Source of the DNA: Bdellovibrionales bacterium GWB1_55_8
GTDB lineage: Bacteria > Bdellovibrionota > UBA1018
Direction of reading: 5' to 3'
NCBI GenBank assembly: GCA_001769835.1
Contig: MEPR01000039.1
Span: 56,101 to 120,100 of the forward strand
DNA: 64,000 bases
The position numbers and the translations under genes are program-made. The notes beneath the pieces are model-generated. The model was not told the origin of the DNA. It did not search any database and was given only the letters and a program-made list of their open reading frames with translations. How positions within the stretch are numbered: position 1 is the stretch's first letter; each line of letters starts with the position of its first letter. Below are positions 28,654 through 36,268 of this stretch, piece after piece.

Positions 28654-29756
28654 CCGTTTTCTCCTCCTTTCTCATTTATGGGTGGTTGCTGGTCATCTGA
28701 ATCCTGTAAACCGTTCGGGAATCCCCGCTCTGAGTCCGCCGGCGCTGCCTGTCCTGCTCTCGCCTCGGACTGCTGAGACTGGAACTGCTGAAGCGCGGCT
28801 TTCGCTTCTGGAGAAAGCTGCTCCTGCGAGAGGTTCGAAGAACCCACGCCCTTCTGGAATGAGATGAAATTGTTTCCGCCGAACTGGGGCTGCACGGCTT
28901 GCATGCCCTGAACAACCTGGGGCGCGGCACCCGGCGCCTGCGGTCGAGACATCGGATTTTGAATGGCGCCAGAGGAATCATCGATCTGAATGACATTCTT
29001 GAGCGTGATTTTTTCCTGGCGATTGCGATCTCCGACAAGAAATACGGGCTCACTCCCCTCAAAACTCACGCCAACAACCTGCGCGCGAGTACGTGATGAA
29101 GTTTCAACCGACTGTCCGGCGGCGTTCTTCGCGTCGACGCGGAACATATAGGTTCCGGATTTCGCCGCGAGAGTGTTCACTTTTTTGCCATCCCAGTTGA
29201 AGCTCACGAGCCCGGCCTTCTGCTGCCCAAGATCCTTCGCGAGAACTGTTTCGCCCGCGTCATTGATGATCGCGACACTCACCTCCGTCGCATCCGACGG
29301 CAATGAGAACGAAACGAGGGAGTTACTGCCCTCGGTATGAGGGAAACGCTCGCGATCGATGGTGACCGTCTTTCCGATCATGTTCGTCATCGCAAGGCGT
29401 TCGAGCGGTTGATTCTGTCCCGCCATTTTCTGGAAATTCTGATTCAGGTTCTGAAGCTGCTCGACTGACGCGAACTGCGCCATCTCCGCGGCCATCTGCT
29501 CCGGCTTGAACGGATTCGTCGGATCCTGATAACGCATCTGCGTGACCATGATCTTCATGAAATCATCTTTGCCGAGAGTTTTCTTAATTTCCCGCTGCGG
29601 TTTTGGTTTCGCGCCGTATTGTGACTGAATCTTCTCGAGGACATCGCCGAATTTCGGCGCAGTGGAAGGATCTTTCATTTCCTGCTCGAGCATCTGCCCG
29701 CGACTTGGCTGAATCGCCGTCTCCGTCGCGGTTTTTGTGATGCTCATTCCTTCCAT
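28650..29756 (-). CDS. flgD: Flagellar hook capping/assembly protein FlgD
   Basis: Conserved FlgD N-domain (…LGKDDFMKIMVTQMRYQDPTNPFKPEQMAAEMAQFASVEQLQNLN…) and a FlgD Ig-like domain (…GTYMFRVDAKNAAGQSVE…). Q/P-rich C-terminal extension. Confidence 0.8.
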   Translation of the reverse strand: MEGMSITKTATETAIQPSRGQMLEQEMKDPSTAPKFGDVLEKIQSQYGAKPKPQREIKKTLGKDDFMKIMVTQMRYQDPTNPFKPEQMAAEMAQFASVEQLQNLNQNFQKMAGQNQPLERLAMTNMIGKTVTIDRERFPHTEGSNSLVSFSLPSDATEVSVAIINDAGETVLAKDLGQQKAGLVSFNWDGKKVNTLAAKSGTYMFRVDAKNAAGQSVETSSRTRAQVVGVSFEGSEPVFLVGDRNRQEKITLKNVIQIDDSSGAIQNPMSRPQAPGAAPQVVQGMQAVQPQFGGNNFISFQKGVGSSNLSQEQLSPEAKAALQQFQSQQSEARAGQAAPADSERGFPNGLQDSDDQQPPINEKGGENG

Positions 29757-29844
29757 CTCGTCCCCTCTTCTCTTATCCTAGCGGCTTATTCGGGGGCGCG
29801 AAATGGGCTTTTTTTTCCCACTTCGCGCCCTCGTTGCTTAGCGG

Positions 29845-31407
29845 TTATGCCGTGACGTCAAGACGCCCACTTGCGGCAGCCGCGCGTGTTCTTGCGGCCG
29901 CGTTCCAACCTGCGCCCGCCGCCTGAGTACGTGAACCCGCCGAATCGGCACGGGCGTCCGCCCTGCCTTCCGACGACTGTTCGCGGTTCTGGCCCTTTTC
30001 CTGTCCCATCATGCTTCCCAGATCCTGGAAACCATGCTGGCCCTGCTGTCCCTGTTCGTTGCCTGAGTTCGAACTGAAGGAAGTCCCGTGTGAAGATCCG
30101 ACGGCCAACTCCACTTTTCCAAGGCTCAGATTCTGCGAAGCGAGGCTGTCCTTGAGGAAGTTCATGCTTTCCTCGATGACTTTCATCGCTTTATCGTCTG
30201 AAGCCTGGATCTGCAGACCCACCTCGGTCCCGCGCGTCACGACCCGGAGATGCAACTCTCCGAGATTTTCCGGTCTCAGTCGGATCCGGATTTCACCGCC
30301 GCCGTGGGCAGTCATATTCCGGATGTTCCCGCTGAGCCCCAGAAGCGTGTCCGAGGAAAGTCGATCCCGCGCCATTTCGCCTTTCGCGACGTGTGCCGTG
30401 AGCTCGACTGTTCCTGACTGAGACGTGTTCTCGGGCGAACCCGCCTGATGACCCAGAGAGGTCCCCATCAGTTCGGAAAAGCGGCTTTGCTCGCCGTTCT
30501 TTTCCGCTCCTCCGCGGATCATCTTGAGTTCGGGACGGATCCCCGCTCTCATCTGAGCCTGGGATCCGGCGCCGCCCTGTCCGGAATCACCGGAAAGCTG
30601 CGACTTCGCTCCCTTGACGCCCGCATTACGGACGGAATTCAGGGCGTTCAGAAACTCATCACCCGAAAGCTGGGTGGTCAGTCCCTTTTTCCCGCCTTCC
30701 GCCTTGTCGCGCTGACCCGTGATCGTCGGTTCGCCATGAAGGGAAACACCCTCCAAAGCGCCGTTCAGACCATCAGTCAACTTCTCGAGTCCCTCAGGCC
30801 CCGTGAAACCGGCTGCTTCCGCTCCCTGCATCTGCAAAGATTGCGGACCTGCATCGCCCCTCGTCTGAAGCGCGGCCGCATCGGCGGCCTTATCCATGAG
30901 CCCTTTCACCATTTCCGGTGTCAATTCGGGTTTGCTCTCTCCCGAAAACAAGGGCTGCAACTCCGGGCGCGGGTTTTCGAATCCTTCGAATACCCACTCC
31001 CCGCTCCAGGGTTTGAGTCCAGCGATAGCTGCCGCGGTACTCATACCGGCAGCCGATTTCTGGGCCAATTCCGATTTCGCAATGGTGGACTCGTGAAGTG
31101 CCGAGACCTTCCCGCCTTTTATAGCGGAAGCGGACTCGACGTTCACCAGCGTGGAAACTCCGACCTGCCCCGCATCATCGCCCAGGGCGACCAGCGCCTC
31201 GATATCGGACGCCTGGTCAGCGTTCGGCGTCGGGACTTCGGCCAAATTCGGATCCAGAGACAGCTCCGGGTTTGCCTGTTTGGCCACCACGGCTCCTGCC
31301 TGTACCAGCTCGAGAGCAAACTCTTCGCCCTTTTTGCTGCCCTTTTCGGACTTTTCCGCGTTTCCTTCCATTGCAATCGGTTTAGTGACATCAATTGCTT
31401 TGATCAT
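29845..31407 (-). CDS. fliK: Flagellar hook-length control protein FliK
   Basis: 520 aa, low complexity, with a C-terminal FliK domain (…GEIRIRLRPENLGELHLRVVTRGTEVGLQIQASDDKAMKVIEESMNFLKDSLASQNLSLGKVELAV…). Confidence 0.7.
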   Translation of the reverse strand: MIKAIDVTKPIAMEGNAEKSEKGSKKGEEFALELVQAGAVVAKQANPELSLDPNLAEVPTPNADQASDIEALVALGDDAGQVGVSTLVNVESASAIKGGKVSALHESTIAKSELAQKSAAGMSTAAAIAGLKPWSGEWVFEGFENPRPELQPLFSGESKPELTPEMVKGLMDKAADAAALQTRGDAGPQSLQMQGAEAAGFTGPEGLEKLTDGLNGALEGVSLHGEPTITGQRDKAEGGKKGLTTQLSGDEFLNALNSVRNAGVKGAKSQLSGDSGQGGAGSQAQMRAGIRPELKMIRGGAEKNGEQSRFSELMGTSLGHQAGSPENTSQSGTVELTAHVAKGEMARDRLSSDTLLGLSGNIRNMTAHGGGEIRIRLRPENLGELHLRVVTRGTEVGLQIQASDDKAMKVIEESMNFLKDSLASQNLSLGKVELAVGSSHGTSFSSNSGNEQGQQGQHGFQDLGSMMGQEKGQNREQSSEGRADARADSAGSRTQAAGAGWNAAARTRAAAASGRLDVTA

Positions 31408-31413
31408 ATGCTT

Positions 31414-32058
31414 TTACCTCCTTTCTTTATGCGTGGTCACTGCAGCGTCACTCGACGCATCGGTACCCCGCTCTTTTGGAGCGGAATCGTTGGCCCGGAC
31501 CACTCCGGCCAGAAGTTCTGTCAACCGCGACGACTTCGCGGGATCCATAAGATTCATGATCTTTGCTAAACGCTGCGTCGAAATCCGCGACATGGCCGAA
31601 ACCGCGAGCGTCTCATCAAGCGAGGTCAGAAGCTGCGACGCCGCTTTCGGGCTCATCGTCTCGAAAGTCTCCACCAGCTTGTTCACGCGTTCGTCGTTCT
31701 CGGACTTGCGGGATTCCTGCACCTTCGCAAGCTCCTTGCGTATTCCATCAAACTTCTTCAGCTCCTCCGCGATCGCGTCCTCGCGCGCCTTGAACTCCGC
31801 TTCCTTGGCAACAAGATTGCGTTCGCGCACCTGAAGAGCCTCGCGCTGCTTGCGCAGATCCTCGATCACCGAAGGATCCGTCAGGCATGCGCCCGACGCT
31901 GAGCTGGAAATATTCGTTTCCGTAGTGTCGCCCCCGGAACTCTCAGCTGCACCCGCCGACCCAGCCGCTGAAGGAGCCGGGGTCTCTGCACTTGCGAGCA
32001 CCGTCATGACGGCGGCAGCGAGAAACACCATGACTGCAAGCGTTCTGAGGAGTCTCAT
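31414..32058 (-). CDS. MotE/FlbB/YlxF-like flagellar protein (MgtE-N-like domain)
   Basis: Signal/TM N-terminus, coiled coil and an MgtE_N-like C-terminus (…LLTSLDETLAVSAMSRISTQRLAKIMNLMDPAKSSRL…). Sits between fliJ and fliK, as ylxF does in Bacillus. Confidence 0.5.
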   Translation of the reverse strand: MRLLRTLAVMVFLAAAVMTVLASAETPAPSAAGSAGAAESSGGDTTETNISSSASGACLTDPSVIEDLRKQREALQVRERNLVAKEAEFKAREDAIAEELKKFDGIRKELAKVQESRKSENDERVNKLVETFETMSPKAASQLLTSLDETLAVSAMSRISTQRLAKIMNLMDPAKSSRLTELLAGVVRANDSAPKERGTDASSDAAVTTHKERR

Positions 32059-32510
32059 CCGACAGCCCTCTCCTTCAGGCGATCTCTCATGACCGACATG
32101 TCGTCGAGCAGCTTCTGCTCGCGCTTGCTCTGCATCTTTCGAAATTCAGCATGCTCGCGGTCGTACAGCGACTCCATCATGCGAGTCTGACGCCGCGTAT
32201 GAAGAAAATACTTCAAAGCCTTTTCGACCGCGCGACTCGCGCGCATGATATCGCGGTCAGCGCGCACGATCCGATGTTTCGTTCCTGCGATGAATTCGTC
32301 CTCAAGCTGGAAGGAAAGAACGCCGATTGGTTCGATACCAAGATTCTCACGGCGGATCAGCGCATTCTGAAGTTCGGAAACAAGACGTCCCTTTTTCGAG
32401 AGCTCTTCCTGATAAGCCCGTTGCGCATCACCCAACGCACGAAGAGCCTCCTCTTCGCGGCTTTTGCGCAGATTCAATACAGTGGCCAGTCTGAATCGGA
32501 AGCGTCTCAT
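32055..32510 (-). CDS. fliJ: Flagellar export chaperone FliJ
   Basis: About 150-aa all-helical protein starting MRRFRFRLATVLNLRKSREEEALRAL (FliJ-type). Start placed at ATG 32510 rather than the ORF-track TTG at 32522. Confidence 0.65.
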   Translation of the reverse strand: MRRFRFRLATVLNLRKSREEEALRALGDAQRAYQEELSKKGRLVSELQNALIRRENLGIEPIGVLSFQLEDEFIAGTKHRIVRADRDIMRASRAVEKALKYFLHTRRQTRMMESLYDREHAEFRKMQSKREQKLLDDMSVMRDRLKERAVG

Positions 32511-32609
32511 GTCTAAGATCAATTCTGATCTTGAGGCTCACCGCCCGCTAGACTGAATGTTTTGCCGCATGAAGGGGCACCACTGCTGCCGAGTGGAAAA
32601 AAGTGCCGA

Positions 32610-33173
32610 TCAGAGTGCGCGGCTCTTCAAGCCCGGCGGCCCCACTCCGTTTGAAATGACTTGAAACGGATCCCAGCTCCCGGACCAGAGTCCTTTCGAT
32701 TCAAGGAAATTCTTTGTAAAATACTCGGTTACGCGTTTGAACTCGTGGCCCCAACTTATAATCCTGGAATAAAGAGTACGGTCCCAGAACCTGCCCTTCG
32801 CGTTCGTCTTGCGGGCTCCCATGATCTGAAAGGCCAGCGCTCCTGAAAACTCCCTGAGGAAGCCCTGAAAATTCCGCTTCGCGGAAACGAAGCCCTTCGC
32901 GTCTGCTTTCACGAGCAAATGCAGGTGATTTCCCACGTTTACAGATCGATACACGCGGATCCTGTAGCGCCGGGCGCAGTCGGCCAACAGGTGTTCGAAC
33001 AATTTTGCATTCTCGCGGGTCAGAAGAGACCACTTCCCTTGCGCGCGGCTGGACCGCAGGACGAGATAGATCGGGTGCTTATGGCTGAACGGACGAGCCA
33101 CCTTTCTTCGCCCCTGACGTACCCCTCCCCCATGCTCGAGACGAAGGGATGGCAGAAATGAAGCCTGTTTCAT
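32610..33173 (-). CDS. tnpA: IS200/IS605-family Y1 HUH transposase (TnpA/RAYT-like)
   Basis: HUH motif NHLHLLVKA plus a C-terminal RAYT-like FWDRTLYSRIISWGHEF (catalytic Tyr region). Start at MKQASFLP (33173). The ORF-track start at 33284 would read through the upstream palindrome. Confidence 0.75.
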   Translation of the reverse strand: MKQASFLPSLRLEHGGGVRQGRRKVARPFSHKHPIYLVLRSSRAQGKWSLLTRENAKLFEHLLADCARRYRIRVYRSVNVGNHLHLLVKADAKGFVSAKRNFQGFLREFSGALAFQIMGARKTNAKGRFWDRTLYSRIISWGHEFKRVTEYFTKNFLESKGLWSGSWDPFQVISNGVGPPGLKSRAL

Positions 33174-33174
33174 G

Positions 33175-33192
33175 ACCGGATATATATCCGGT
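33175..33192 (-). promoter_or_regulatory. 18-bp perfect palindrome ACCGGATATATATCCGGT, 2 nt upstream of the tnpA ATG. Likely the IS200-type left-end hairpin, which would occlude the RBS.
   Basis: Seen directly in the sequence. IS200 elements carry such hairpins, serving as TnpA recognition sites and translational repressors. Confidence 0.5.
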
Positions 33193-33376
33193 TCAGTTAA
33201 CCGTGTAAAGACGTTTGTTACGGGTGAACGCTGGGGCAATGGTATTTTGATCGTACAAACACTGATGGAAACAAGGTCTGTCACATCTATTCTGCTAACT
33301 GACCCTGGATTTTTCTCGACCTTGTCAAAGCGCCATGAAAGCCGATGCTGTCGCGGAGCCTTTCAATAGGTAAGCT

Positions 33377-33577
33377 TCAGTTTTTGCGATCACATAAGTC
33401 TTGAGCATTCGGCTCATTTTTTCGGCAGACATTATCGATCGTGTCCCAGCAACCACCCGAGTCCAGACACGAGTCCTGCTTCATCCACGTACATGCATTC
33501 AGAGCAGATACCAGGAGCAAGCATGCTGAGATCAGCATCATCGAGAAAAGCCGTCCGTTCGCCCTACTCCGGGTCAT
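33377..33577 (-). CDS. Small secreted Cys-rich lipoprotein, 66 aa with 7 Cys
   Basis: Signal peptide plus lipobox (LLVSALNAC), then a Cys-rich mature peptide CTWMKQDSCLDSGGCWDTIDNVCRKNEPNAQDLCDRKN. Overlaps the start of the upstream kinase gene by 4 nt. Confidence 0.4.
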   Translation of the reverse strand: MTRSRANGRLFSMMLISACLLLVSALNACTWMKQDSCLDSGGCWDTIDNVCRKNEPNAQDLCDRKN

Positions 33578-34071
33578 TCAAAGGCCTTCTTCTTGATCAG
33601 ATCAGCGATCTCGTCCGGACTCATGTTGTCGGTCTTGATCTCAAACCCAAGCGCACCGTTCAAAAATCTTCCTCTCTGATTTCGTTCCACTTCCTGGGTT
33701 TCAGAAACTTCCCTCTCGGCTTGCGGTCGTCCACGTTTCAGAATCCGAGCGGAGAGACTCCGAGTTTCAGCTGAAAGATAGAACACACGGGCAGGCTCGC
33801 CCACTCTCTGAATGAAATCTTCCATCAGGTCAGGACTCAAAAACAGGCTATCGAATACGATCGTCCTTGCGCCCAGGCGGCGATAAGCGCTGATCAGATC
33901 ACAGGCGACATTCAAGGCAAGTTTCTGTCGCGACTGCGTGGCAATCAAATTATCCGAAACGAACCCGAGAACGTCGCCTTCAATATACGCGGCATCGTCC
34001 AACTGGCATAGCAGAGTCCTTGCCACCCAGGTTTTTCCAACGCCCACGGTGCCGTTTACGATGATGAGCAT
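33574..34071 (-). CDS. Small P-loop kinase (AAA_33/gluconokinase-sized NTP-binding protein)
   Basis: 165 aa with Walker A NGTVGVGKT at residues 6-14 and a Walker B-like hydrophobic strand plus D (IVFDSLF). Confidence 0.55.
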   Translation of the reverse strand: MLIIVNGTVGVGKTWVARTLLCQLDDAAYIEGDVLGFVSDNLIATQSRQKLALNVACDLISAYRRLGARTIVFDSLFLSPDLMEDFIQRVGEPARVFYLSAETRSLSARILKRGRPQAEREVSETQEVERNQRGRFLNGALGFEIKTDNMSPDEIADLIKKKAFE

Positions 34072-34197
34072 GTCTCAATCGTAAGTAGCGGCAGCCCGCC
34101 CGTCGAGCTAAAAAATACCGGAGCTCCATGCGAAAACATCGAAGTAAGAATCGCCGATGTCTTCGCATGAAGTTCCGGGTTCGAATTCACTGCAGTC

Positions 34198-34653
34198 CTA
34201 TTCGGACTTCTGTTGTACACATCTGATGTTCTGCTGATCGACTGTTTCAATGAACTCATCCACAAGGTCTTCGAGGTGTGAAACGATCTTGTGCCGAAGG
34301 TCAGGAGTGTCATCGAAGTACCTTACTTTTTTCCCTCGATCAGAAAGCGTGCTGAATACCGTCACGCCATTCGATTTCACGGCCTTAAGCCAGATTCTGT
34401 TCCTGAAAAAACTGGCACAAGACACCACGCCGCACTTTGCAAGCCCGGTCCACCCTGTGTAGTAATCCGTCTCAAGGAATATATGAGCAGGCACTCCCTG
34501 CGGCACCACATGATAGCCCTTCGTTAACAAGTGTTGCTGAGCCCATGTGTCATCGGTTGAGATCGTGCAGTTTAACGATGGACCGTCTTTCGCGTACGCT
34601 GATGAGACCGCGACCAAGCAGATTCCAACGATAGCCATAATTTTGCCGTTCAT
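34198..34653 (-). CDS. Hypothetical secreted protein
   Basis: Signal peptide MNGKIMAIVGICLVAVSSAYA. 4 Cys in the mature part. Low local GC. Confidence 0.4.
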   Translation of the reverse strand: MNGKIMAIVGICLVAVSSAYAKDGPSLNCTISTDDTWAQQHLLTKGYHVVPQGVPAHIFLETDYYTGWTGLAKCGVVSCASFFRNRIWLKAVKSNGVTVFSTLSDRGKKVRYFDDTPDLRHKIVSHLEDLVDEFIETVDQQNIRCVQQKSE

Positions 34654-34888
34654 ATGTTCTCCATTTTCTTCTTCCGGTTCAGCCCGGAAGCGAAAACGAG
34701 AATACGCCGCAATAGTCCAGGTCTCCGCTGACATCCTCTGACGTAAAGTAACATACGGAATTCACGAAAGAATCGCGATTCCTGCCGACCCTGCTCTACT
34801 TCGGCGCACCCTTGAAATTATCGGCCGGCTATGAGCATATGGCCCTCGTCGACTTGCACAATTCCAAACTTTTAGCGTCTCTATCGAG

Positions 34889-36268
34889 GTGATCCGGATG
34901 AGAGCTTTGTTCATCACACTTCCATTTCTGTTCATCGGCATAAACTCGGCCACTGCCGATGTTCTTCCGATTCAGGCAAACTACGTTTCGACGCGGGCCC
35001 AGGAAGGAATCATGTCTTTCGACCATTTCGTCGAGTTCAACGCGGATGCGAGGCAATCCGACACGGCACTTCAGGGCTGGGCGCGGCAGGCGATTGAAAA
35101 GCAGCTCATGTTTCTGATCGGTTCAATGAGGTGGCACTTCTCCGTTCCGAAGGGCGATCACAAAATCACGGAGCTGCGCCTTGCCCCGAAAAGCGCACAG
35201 GGTGTGACGATGATCGCCTCTTACCATTACGAGGGAACCGTTCAGATCCGCGAGGACGTACCCCTTCCGCTCAGGCTCGTGCTTCCGAATAACCCCTATC
35301 GGTTTTACTGGGACGGTCTCGTGCGAGATGGCTTCAAAATAAGCGCGCCTTGCACGCAGAAGCATTATCGTTGGCCGAGCGACCTGTTTTATTTCTGGCA
35401 CCCTTACGCTCCCGCGTGTCCATGGAAACGCGGCGAGGACTACCAGGAGATCCAGCCTGAAATCGTTTTAAAAAATAACGACGAAACGACCTATCCGGAA
35501 TACGACCGGCTTGTCGACCCCGCCACCCGTACGATCTCGATGTGGATACTTGTCGGACCTGCCAGCAACAAATCCATGAATCCGATGACCTCTCCTGATA
35601 TCAATGCGCAGACTTTCTGTGAATTCCGGGAACATTTCCTGCGTAAGGGATTTTCTTCACGGCGTTGGACCTCCAAAGAAATCCGCAGGAAGGGGAACAC
35701 CCTCTTCGCGAAACTCCCTTGGGTCGAGGATTTCGAAAAACAAGGCGCCCGATCCCGTATCCTGATCCACGCATTCTATGGCCATACCGCGGTGAAGGAT
35801 TTCAGCCGCGCTTTTTACCACTTTCTTGAGGACGGGGTCGAGAACGCCTCAATGGTGGTGTACGCAGGACATGCAGGATTGGGCAAAACCCTTGCACCTT
35901 CCGTAGCGGAAAAGATCGGGCTACTCAGGATGCGACCCAATCGGGATCGCTACCAGATCTATTTCTTCAACGGATGCAGCACTTACGCTTATTACACGCA
36001 ACCCTACTTCACGCGTAAAGCGAGCGCTTTGGATCCAGAAGGCACAAAGAACCTCGACATCATCACAACCGGCCTGGCCACAGGCGAGGACTTCCTCGGG
36101 AGTAGTTCACTCGCCGCGATCGATGCTGTGACGGACTGGGCTGATGGCGGTGCTGCCGCAAGTTATCAGGAAATCCTGAAACGCGCAGGTGGTTCCAATT
36201 TGCTGAGCGTCAGCGGAGATGAAGACAATCCGTCATCTCCGCAAAAACCCTTCCAAACGCGCGATTAA
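34889..36268 (+). CDS. Secreted protein with a putative clan-CD (caspase/clostripain/gingipain-like) cysteine peptidase His-Cys dyad
   Basis: Signal peptide (LFITLPFLFIGINSATA). The C-terminal half has a hydrophobic strand plus GH (MVVYAGHAGLG) followed ~40 aa later by a hydrophobic strand plus xC (QIYFFNGCSTYAYY), the arrangement typical of CD-clan peptidases. Confidence 0.4.
   Translation: MIRMRALFITLPFLFIGINSATADVLPIQANYVSTRAQEGIMSFDHFVEFNADARQSDTALQGWARQAIEKQLMFLIGSMRWHFSVPKGDHKITELRLAPKSAQGVTMIASYHYEGTVQIREDVPLPLRLVLPNNPYRFYWDGLVRDGFKISAPCTQKHYRWPSDLFYFWHPYAPACPWKRGEDYQEIQPEIVLKNNDETTYPEYDRLVDPATRTISMWILVGPASNKSMNPMTSPDINAQTFCEFREHFLRKGFSSRRWTSKEIRRKGNTLFAKLPWVEDFEKQGARSRILIHAFYGHTAVKDFSRAFYHFLEDGVENASMVVYAGHAGLGKTLAPSVAEKIGLLRMRPNRDRYQIYFFNGCSTYAYYTQPYFTRKASALDPEGTKNLDIITTGLATGEDFLGSSSLAAIDAVTDWADGGAAASYQEILKRAGGSNLLSVSGDEDNPSSPQKPFQTRD

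Larger units (their letters stand above)
32560..33195 (-). mobile_element. Minimal IS200-like or RAYT element (tnpA only, no tnpB) at the edge of the fliI-fliJ insertion
   Basis: Single HUH transposase gene with an 18-bp perfect palindrome abutting its start. Boundaries are approximate and no terminal repeats were identified. Confidence 0.45.

Noticed and set aside
30448-31569. 373-aa plus-strand ORF antisense to fliK and the MotE-like gene
   Set aside because: Antisense across a gene boundary. The fliK C-terminal domain on the minus strand is recognisable.
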